Source of the DNA: Candidatus Eiseniibacteriota bacterium
GTDB lineage: Bacteria > Orphanbacterota > Orphanbacteria > Orphanbacterales > Orphanbacteraceae
Length of the DNA: 64,000 nucleotides
Assembly (NCBI GenBank): GCA_043809585.1
Contig: JBDROZ010000064.1
Location: forward strand, 1-64,000
Direction of reading: 5' to 3'
Shown: positions 9,688 to 17,200 of the stretch, piece after piece
Numbering within the stretch: position 1 is the stretch's first letter
Layout: each line of letters begins with the position of its first letter
Program-made: the position numbers and the translations under genes
The notes under the pieces: model-generated
The model's input: the letters and a program-made list of their open reading frames with translations, nothing else
The model's database searches: none
What the model was told of the DNA's origin: nothing

Positions 9688-9806
9688 AAAAAAAAAGCCC
9701 CGCTGAAAGCGTTTCACTCACTCCGGCAAACCAGAGATTCCTCCGGTCAAGAGCGCCAGAAACGCGAGGTCACGGCAGTCGCAGGGCTTGTATCCACCTT
9801 CTTGGA
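9688..9806 (-). ncRNA. Candidate ~120-nt small RNA of unknown family
   Basis: Lies between a strong sigma70 promoter and a GC stem ending in a U-run; no convincing CDS; nested pairings AGCCCUGC/GCGGGGCU, GCGUUUC/GAAACGC and CCGGAG/CUCUGG. Confidence 0.55.
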
Positions 9807-9812
9807 TTGACG

Positions 9813-9841
9813 AATATAACGCCCTTCGCCCCCAAAGTCAA
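9813..9841 (-). promoter_or_regulatory. Sigma70-type promoter
   Basis: Minus strand TTGACT-N17-TATATT with an AT-rich upstream region. Confidence 0.7.
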
Positions 9842-10160
9842 GTGGGGGTTATAAATCGTTGTGAATAAAAGCATTAAACAGAGCCTCGGGGAAGCGAATC
9901 GAGGAGGGAAGCGTGGGGTGGCCGGAGGGTCCGGATCCCCGGAGTCGCCCCGCTCGATTCGCCCGCTCCGGCCGTTCCGACGGGAGGTGTTCCTGAGAGC
10001 TTCCGGCCTGCACCCGAACCGGCTGCGAACCACCCTCGGTATGCCGGCCCGACACTGAGGAGGAGCCGTCCGATCGAACCGGAACGGCCATGCCACGCCC
10101 CCGCAGGCGTTGCGTGGGAGGAATGAGGGTTCGGGCTCCGGGCAAAGCGACGCAACTCTG

Positions 10161-10997
10161 TCAACGAATCAGCGTCATCCGCCGGGAGATGATCCCATCG
10201 GGCGTCGGCCACCGGAGGAAGTACATTCCCGCCGGCGCCAAAACCCCTCGGGAATCGCGACCGTCCCATTCCGCAAATACCGGTCCGCCGCCGGCAGATG
10301 CGCCGAGATCCTTAACCCGGCGTCCTCTCGTGTCGAACACGGCCACGCTGCCCGCGGAAGCACCCCGGGAAGGCCCCGTGAGCCGGAACCGCACCGCGCC
10401 GCGGCTCGGGTTGGGGACGGGGGGGCCGATCTCCCAGGCCAAGGGCGGGCGGTCGTCGCGAACGCCGGTGGCCTCGTCGACGAAGACGACGCCGTTCGAC
10501 CAGATCAGCGGATCGAGGGGAACGCGGTCCCGGTCGGTGACGACCGCCGAGACGAACTCGACCACCGACACGCCGAGAGAGAGCGCCTCGAAGCGGATCC
10601 GGGCGAGCTCCCCCGGCGCGACCACGTACGCCTGGCCGTGGAGGATCACGTCGAAAACCTCCCACGTGCCCAACGACTCTTCTTCGACGTGAAACCAGGT
10701 CGGAAGTCCGGTCTCCACGTAGAGAGACCCTTCCAGAGCCTGCAGGAACTCGATGATCGACGGGTCGAACCGGAAGATTACCTGGAAGTTCGCGAACGTG
10801 TCCGCCTCCTCGTTGATTCGGAGGGCGAACTCGAACTCGTCCCCCGGCGCCACGAGCACCGAAGCGGGAGCCAGACTGACCGTGGGCGCCCCGTGGGCGG
10901 GAAGAACGTTCGAGGTCCATAGGACCGAGGCGAACACGATCGGAAGGCCGACCGCCCGGATTCGGATTCTCCGGAGAGAAACGATCTTCGTCATCAC
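10161..10997 (-). CDS. Secreted cohesin-domain protein with FlgD-Ig/T9SS-type C-terminal domain (small subunit 2)
   Basis: Signal peptide; VSLAPASVLVAPGDEFEFALRI..FQVIFRFDPSIIEF..EGSL is cohesin-like; C-terminal PNPS..FDTRGRRV..WDGRDSRG..GMYFLR; paralog of 13317..14129. Confidence 0.75.
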   Translation of the reverse strand: MMTKIVSLRRIRIRAVGLPIVFASVLWTSNVLPAHGAPTVSLAPASVLVAPGDEFEFALRINEEADTFANFQVIFRFDPSIIEFLQALEGSLYVETGLPTWFHVEEESLGTWEVFDVILHGQAYVVAPGELARIRFEALSLGVSVVEFVSAVVTDRDRVPLDPLIWSNGVVFVDEATGVRDDRPPLAWEIGPPVPNPSRGAVRFRLTGPSRGASAGSVAVFDTRGRRVKDLGASAGGGPVFAEWDGRDSRGVLAPAGMYFLRWPTPDGIISRRMTLIR

Positions 10998-11058
10998 ATC
11001 TGCCTCCCTTCCGGGCGGCCGGCGGAAGTCGCAAGGCCCGCCCCGGCCCGCGTCCCCC

Positions 11059-13269
11059 TTACTTCAGAAGCAACAGCTTCGATGTCTTCACGTAGTCTCC
11101 CGCCTCCAGGCGCACGAAGTAGACACCGCTCGAGAGGGTCCGTCCCCTCTCGTCCCGGCCGTCCCACAGGGCCTCTCCCGCCCCCGCCTCGCGCTGGCCG
11201 TCGAGCAGGGTTCTCACGAGCCGGCCCTTAGGATCGTAGACGCGCAGAGACAGATGGCTCGGCCGCTCCAGCTCGAAACTCACTTTCGTGACCGGGTTGA
11301 ACGGGTTGGGCCAGGCCCCGGCGAGGCGGGTCGCCGCGGAGCGGGGCGCCGGGGATCCGCCCTCCCTTGCCTGGATCGCCACTCCGAGGGGCTCGTTGGC
11401 GGCTCCCCGAAGATCGGCGGAGGCGATGCGAAGATCACCGGTCTCGTCGCCCGTCATTCGGAAGCGGAGCCGAGCGATCTCCCCGTTTCCTTCGACCGTG
11501 GCCCCGATGCCTAGGGCCGCGAAGTCGAACCAGCATTGCCCCCTTCCCTCCCGGCCCGCGAGGAAGAAGAGGGTCCCCGATTCGGACCAATCCGCCCCCC
11601 GGTCGGTCCCGAGCCACTCGAGGCGGTCCGGATCGTAGTCGATCCGCACGCCCGCGCCTTTCAGTTCGCCGGCGTTCCCCCCGATGCGGCAGCAGACGAG
11701 CAGATCCCGCTCCCCGCCGATGCCCTCCTCCACGATTCGGAGGCCGAGCCGGGGGGGACCCGCTTCCGCTCCTCCCGCGAGCCGGACGGGCCCCTTCTTC
11801 GTCGTGGGCGACAGGTCGTTGAAGCTGAGCGCCGTGATCATCAGCTCTTCGAAGTCCACCAAGTCGTCCGGCACGGGAATGCCGAAACGTCTCCCGTCGC
11901 TCGTGGGGGCGAAATCGAGTTCGTTGAACGGCGGCGGAGGGGGATTACTCCAGGGGCTGAACAGGTGGTAGCCCGAGCTGAGGCGGTTCACGTCGAAGAA
12001 GTCGACGTACCCGTCCCGGCCCCCGCCGGGCGCATCGATATCGGCCAGGAAGTAGTCCGTGGCCCGGTCCTTCGATCCCGTGCCTGCCGCGCTGTAGTTG
12101 CCCGCCTCGTCCACGGCCCACACCGTGTAGTAATACACGTCCCGGTTCGCATTGTCGTTCGGGAAGTCGTCGTCGTAAGCAGCCCCGGGCGCGAGGACGA
12201 GACCGACGTAGTCCGTCTCACCGGGCCCCGGCGTTCCAGGATAGGCGGGCCCGGGAGGCGCGTACTCGGGGTAGTCGTTCCACCGGTTCCGATGGATCTC
12301 GATCCCCTTCAGGACCCCCCACGAATCGGCGGGCGCGCTCCAGGCCAGGTTCACGCGATGAAAATGGGGAGTGGCGTCGAGGTCCGAGACCTCCGCCGGG
12401 GGCGTGTTGTCCGCAACGATGTCGTCCGACCCTGCGCCGGAGTTCCCCACGGCGTCGGTCACGTCGACGTCGACCGTCACCGTCCCGTTCGACGGCGAAC
12501 ACACGGCGGCGCCCAGGGGGACCGTCCAGGTGTAGGTCGGGTAGGCGCCGGAGGCCGGAGAATCCGCGTCGTGCCCCGAGCCGCCGTAGAAGCCGTTCAG
12601 GTCCGCCGTGACGGTCATCCCGTCGCCGGAAACGTAGTCTGCGTCGCTGACCGTGGCGACGATCTCTACTTCGTCTCCATCCTTCACCCAGACCGTGCTC
12701 CCGATCGCCGTGTCTGTGATGGTCACGTCCGTGACGGCGGGGGCGTTCAGGTTGACCACCAGAAGACCGTCATCGGGAACGAAACCGGTGAGCTCCTGGT
12801 TCGCGTTGTCCCGGACGTTTACCACCGTGAGCGCCACCGGGCTCGTCCCGTAGGCCACGCCCGTGAATTCGATGGAGAACATGGTCCCCGGCCCGCTAAC
12901 CCCGGGCTGGACTCCGAGAAGGACGCAATCGACGATGATCGTGTCCGTTCCCGTCTCGTGCACCTCGAACCAGGTCAGCCCCTGGTCGGAGAGGAGGTTC
13001 CCCTCCGTGACCGCCGCCGTCGACGTGGACGCCACCGAGGAGTCCCAGGTAAACCGGATCGAAAACCCGTAAAGGAGCCCGGACCCGCCGCCGAGGTAGT
13101 CGACGTTCACCGTCTGCACGTCTCCGGGAGAGGCGGACAAGGTCTGCGGGCTCGGATCACATACGATATTGGCGCCCAGGGCGGCTCCGGCCGCCGCGAG
13201 CGTCGCGAATCCGACGAGGAGCGCGGCGGACGCCGCGGAATCCCATCGGCTCCTCCACCATTTTCTCAT
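11059..13269 (-). CDS. Secreted cohesin/Ig/FN3/dockerin-like/cohesin protein with FlgD-Ig C-terminal domain (736 aa, large subunit 2)
   Basis: GAGGAG RBS and ATG 13269; signal peptide; two dockerin-like repeats (ADID..DGYVDFFDV, LDF..PDDLVDFEEL); PNPFNP..WDGRDERG..SGVYF tail. Confidence 0.75.
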   Translation of the reverse strand: MRKWWRSRWDSAASAALLVGFATLAAAGAALGANIVCDPSPQTLSASPGDVQTVNVDYLGGGSGLLYGFSIRFTWDSSVASTSTAAVTEGNLLSDQGLTWFEVHETGTDTIIVDCVLLGVQPGVSGPGTMFSIEFTGVAYGTSPVALTVVNVRDNANQELTGFVPDDGLLVVNLNAPAVTDVTITDTAIGSTVWVKDGDEVEIVATVSDADYVSGDGMTVTADLNGFYGGSGHDADSPASGAYPTYTWTVPLGAAVCSPSNGTVTVDVDVTDAVGNSGAGSDDIVADNTPPAEVSDLDATPHFHRVNLAWSAPADSWGVLKGIEIHRNRWNDYPEYAPPGPAYPGTPGPGETDYVGLVLAPGAAYDDDFPNDNANRDVYYYTVWAVDEAGNYSAAGTGSKDRATDYFLADIDAPGGGRDGYVDFFDVNRLSSGYHLFSPWSNPPPPPFNELDFAPTSDGRRFGIPVPDDLVDFEELMITALSFNDLSPTTKKGPVRLAGGAEAGPPRLGLRIVEEGIGGERDLLVCCRIGGNAGELKGAGVRIDYDPDRLEWLGTDRGADWSESGTLFFLAGREGRGQCWFDFAALGIGATVEGNGEIARLRFRMTGDETGDLRIASADLRGAANEPLGVAIQAREGGSPAPRSAATRLAGAWPNPFNPVTKVSFELERPSHLSLRVYDPKGRLVRTLLDGQREAGAGEALWDGRDERGRTLSSGVYFVRLEAGDYVKTSKLLLLK

Positions 13270-13316
13270 ACCCGTTCTCCTCTCTGAGCGGCGAAACCGG
13301 CCCGCCGTTCCTGCGA

Positions 13317-14129
13317 CTATCGAATGCGGACGACGCGCCGGACTGCGGACCCTCCCTCGTGGTCCCACCGGAGGAAATAAACTCCGGGGGGGACGGGCCG
13401 GCCCCGAGAATCGGTCCCGTTCCAAATGCATTCCGCCGATCCACCGGCGCCTTCCGCAGGAATCGTCGTCATGCGCCTGCCCCGGGCATCATAAACCTCC
13501 ACGACGGCGCCTCCCGCTCCGTCCCCCCGAAGCCCGAACCGCACCGAATGGCGGAAGGGATGGGGCCGCGGGAAGTCGATGCCTCGGAGGGGCGCTCCGA
13601 TGAGGTCACCGTCCACCCCCGTCGGGACGTCGCCCACCCAAACGTACCCGTCGATCCACGAGACGTCCGGCACCGGATCCCGGCCGATGTCTTTCAGATT
13701 CACGGCCCCGAAACGGATGCCCGAATATCCGTCCGCGAGCGCCTGGAATCGGAGCCTCGCGAGCTCACCGGGGGGGAGGATGAAACTGAGGGCGGGGAAA
13801 ATGACGTCGAAAACCTCGAGGCTTCCGGGAACAATCTCCTCGAAATAGAACCAGGTCTGATTCCCCGATGCCGTGTAGAGGGAACCTTCGAGCGCAACGT
13901 CGAACCGAATCACGGCCGGATCGAACTCCACGAAGACTTGAAAATTAGAGATGGTGTCGACGCCGTCGTCGATCCGGAGACCCACTTCGAAGTAGTCGGA
14001 CGGATCGGCGAAAGTCGCTCTCGGTTCGACGAATACGGATGGGCCCGCCGGGGCGGGCTGAACAGTGCCGATCACGAGCGCCGTGGAGACTAATAGCGCC
14101 GCGGCCCCAGCGGGAGTCCGTAATTTCAT
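13317..14129 (-). CDS. Secreted cohesin-domain protein with FlgD-Ig C-terminal domain (small subunit 1)
   Basis: Signal peptide; NFQVFVEFDPAVIRF..EGSLY; YDARGRR..WNGTDSRGRPVPPGVYFLR. Confidence 0.75.
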   Translation of the reverse strand: MKLRTPAGAAALLVSTALVIGTVQPAPAGPSVFVEPRATFADPSDYFEVGLRIDDGVDTISNFQVFVEFDPAVIRFDVALEGSLYTASGNQTWFYFEEIVPGSLEVFDVIFPALSFILPPGELARLRFQALADGYSGIRFGAVNLKDIGRDPVPDVSWIDGYVWVGDVPTGVDGDLIGAPLRGIDFPRPHPFRHSVRFGLRGDGAGGAVVEVYDARGRRMTTIPAEGAGGSAECIWNGTDSRGRPVPPGVYFLRWDHEGGSAVRRVVRIR

Positions 14130-14200
14130 TATTCACCTTTCAGACTGAAGGGAGCGCCGGGGGGGGCGGTGCATCGCCCCCCCGAGGCGTGACAAAGGAG

Positions 14201-17200
14201 CTATCGGAGCATCACCACCTTGGCGCTCCGCGAGTAGTCGCCGGCGACCATCCGGACGAAGTAAACGCCGCTGCCGGCGCTATGTCCCCGATCGTCCCGA
14301 CCATCCCAGACCGCGTCGAACGCGCCCGCGCTCTTGCTCTCGTCCACCAAGGTCCGAACCATCCGACCCTGGGCGTCGTAGATCACCACCGACACGTGGC
14401 TCGGCACGTTCATCTCGAACCGGATCGTCGTGGTCGGGTTGAACGGGTTCGGCGCCGCGCCGACGAGGCGGGTCACCGAGGGAATCGTCCCCGGAAGGAC
14501 ACCCGTCGCGTTGTCGGTCTGGAAGTCCACATTTCCGTTTTCGGCGTCCCGGAGGATCACGTCACCGAAGCGAAGGTCCCCGTCCCCCTCGGCCCGCCGC
14601 GTGAACGACAGAACCGCCAGGTCCCCGGAACCATGGATCGACCGCTCCGTACCGAGAGCCGCCAGGTCGATCGTCACCCGGCCCGAAGAACGTTCCTCGG
14701 AGATGAAGAAGACCTGTCCCGAGGAGAGGTCCTGAGAAGGAACGGCCGAGACGAACTCCAGGACCGATGCGTCGAAGAGGAGTTCCACGCTCGCCCCCTT
14801 CACCTCGCCGTCGTTCCCCTCGAGAACCAGGCGGACCGGAAGGTCGGCGGTCCCCTCGTCCGCGGGGAGAAGCCGGAGCGTAGGCGAGGAGGCCTTGGAC
14901 GCTCCCGCCAGCACCACCGGAGGCGAGGCCTTGCCCGAAGGATCGACCACGTTGAAGTTCATGGCGAAGATCAGGAGGTCCTCGAAGTCGACCACGTCGT
15001 CCGGACGCGGGATGCCGAGACGGCTCCAGTTGTCCGTCGGGCCCACGTCGCACTCGCCGTTCCAGTCGAGGCTCCCGTCCACTTCCCAGTACGTGTCGGA
15101 GAGATCGTTGATGTCGGCGAACTTCACCTCGCCGTCGTACGGGGAGGCCACGTCGCCGAGCCAGTAGTTCGTCGCCCGGTCCCCCTGGGCGAACGAACCG
15201 AGAATCGGATCGCCCGGAGGGGTTCCGCCGCTGTAGTTGTCCGCACAGTCGTACGTGAAAGCCCGGTAGAACCAGATCGAACGGTCGGTCAGGGGATCGT
15301 CGTCAAAAGACGAGGCCGTTCCACTGTAGACCGTGACCCCGTCCGACGGGTCCGCCGGATAGGAAGGGCTTCCCAGGTAGTCCGGATAGCCGTAGGGGCT
15401 CGAAGCGTCCCACGCCTTCCGCACCACCACCACGTGGTCGAAGTCGTCGGAGACCGGATTGGTCCACGAGAGGTGAACCTTGCCGTTCCCCGGCGCCGCG
15501 TCGAACGCCGTCGCCACCGGGGGGGCCACTGTGTCCTTCGTGAAGGTCCAGGAGACGGTCGCGCTCGAGTCCCCGAAGTCGTCGGTGCAGTAGAAATCGA
15601 CCGTGTGCTCCCCTTCACCGAGGCCCGCGAAGCCGGGAAGGGTCCACGTCGCGTTGGTCCACGCCACCCCGGCGTAGTCCGTGAAGAGACCGGCGTCCGC
15701 CGTCCACGCACCGCCGTCGACCCGATAGAACGCGTCGTCCAGATCCCCGCACGCCTCCGAAGCCTCGAGGTCGAGGACCGGAGCCGCTGCGTAGCACTCG
15801 CCGACCGCCGGGCCGTTCACCGTGAAGACCGGCGCCGTCAGGTCGACGTAGATCGCCCCGTCGTCCGCGTAGAAGCCGGAGAGGGGCTGGTTGTTGTTGT
15901 CACGCACCGCCACCACCGTCAGGTCGATGACGCTCGTGTCGCAGGAGACCCCGTCGAACTCGACGGAGAACATCGTTCCCGGACCGCTCACTCCCGGCTG
16001 GGCACCGAGGAGTACGCAGTTCACCGTGATCGTGCTCCCCACCTGGTTCGCGAAGAACTGGGTCGTCCCCTGATCGGAGAGGAGGTTCCCCTGAGTCACC
16101 TGGCCGACGCTGGTCGAGACAGACGGGTCCCAGGAGAAGGTCATGTTGTAGCCGTAGACCAGGCCACTGCCGCCGCCGAGGTAGTTCACGTCGATCGTCT
16201 TCGTCGGCGACGCAACGGTTAGGACCTCCGGATCCGGGTCGCAGACGATGTTTTCACCGCCCTCTTTCCCGATCCACGGATCGACGGCGACGTTGCCGGT
16301 CACGTTGTCGCCCGAACCCCGCTTCGCCACGTTCGGGCCCGAGCTGTCTCCCCACCAGTTGAAGCGCGCGTCCACCGTATCCGAAGCGCCGTCCTCGCGG
16401 ACACCGAAAGTGGTGTTGCCGACGATGCTGTTGTACGATAACGTTACTCGCTTGGTGTCGATCACGTGATACCCCACATCAACACCGATGTCGTTGTCCT
16501 CGATGATATTGTTCTCGATGTCGATGTCTTGTCCCTTGACATTGACGCCGGCCGAGGAACATCCCGTCAGTTGGTTGCCCGCAATGGTGATGAACGTCGT
16601 GGCGCCCCAGAAGTTCACACCCTTGCGGCACGAGGCGAACTCGTTGCCCAGAACCTGCACATTGGTCAGGTTGCTGCCGCCGACACCGTTGCCGCCGGGA
16701 AAACCGTTCGCTACGTTTCCGGAGACCTCAATCGCCGTACATCCCGTCATATAGATGCCGGAAGCGTCCGAGGCCGGCCCCGTGCCGGGAATCAGGTGAT
16801 TGCCGGCAATCACGCAGCCATCGTACGTCCCAGGCTGGAAGGTCACCCCAACCTTGTTGATGGTCATCCGGTTCCGGAGTACGTCGATTCCGCTACCGCC
16901 CTTATGAAGGAGGGCGAAGTAGCCGTCGATGATGTTGTCGGCGACTGTCAGATCGTTCCCCCAGGCACGGACCACCGTCTCATCCGCGTAGTGGGACGTC
17001 GGGGAGCCGATCAGGGTGAATCCCGCGATCGAAGCTCCGTCCACGCCGCCCAGAACCTCGACGGCCACGTTCGGATTCGTGACGGGAAGACCCGTAATGT
17101 CGACAATGGACTCGGCGCCCGAGTCCGTTCGGGCTCCCAAAGTGGTTGGGTCCACCCCGTACTGGGCTCCCCGGAGATCGACGGCTTTGTGGACCGACAA

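Noticed and set aside
9726-9790. c-di-GMP-I riboswitch on the + strand (GGCAAACC...CCTCCGGTC)
   Set aside because: Lacks the GNRA stem and GACGCAAAG core, has no downstream + strand gene, and the promoter and terminator point to the minus strand.
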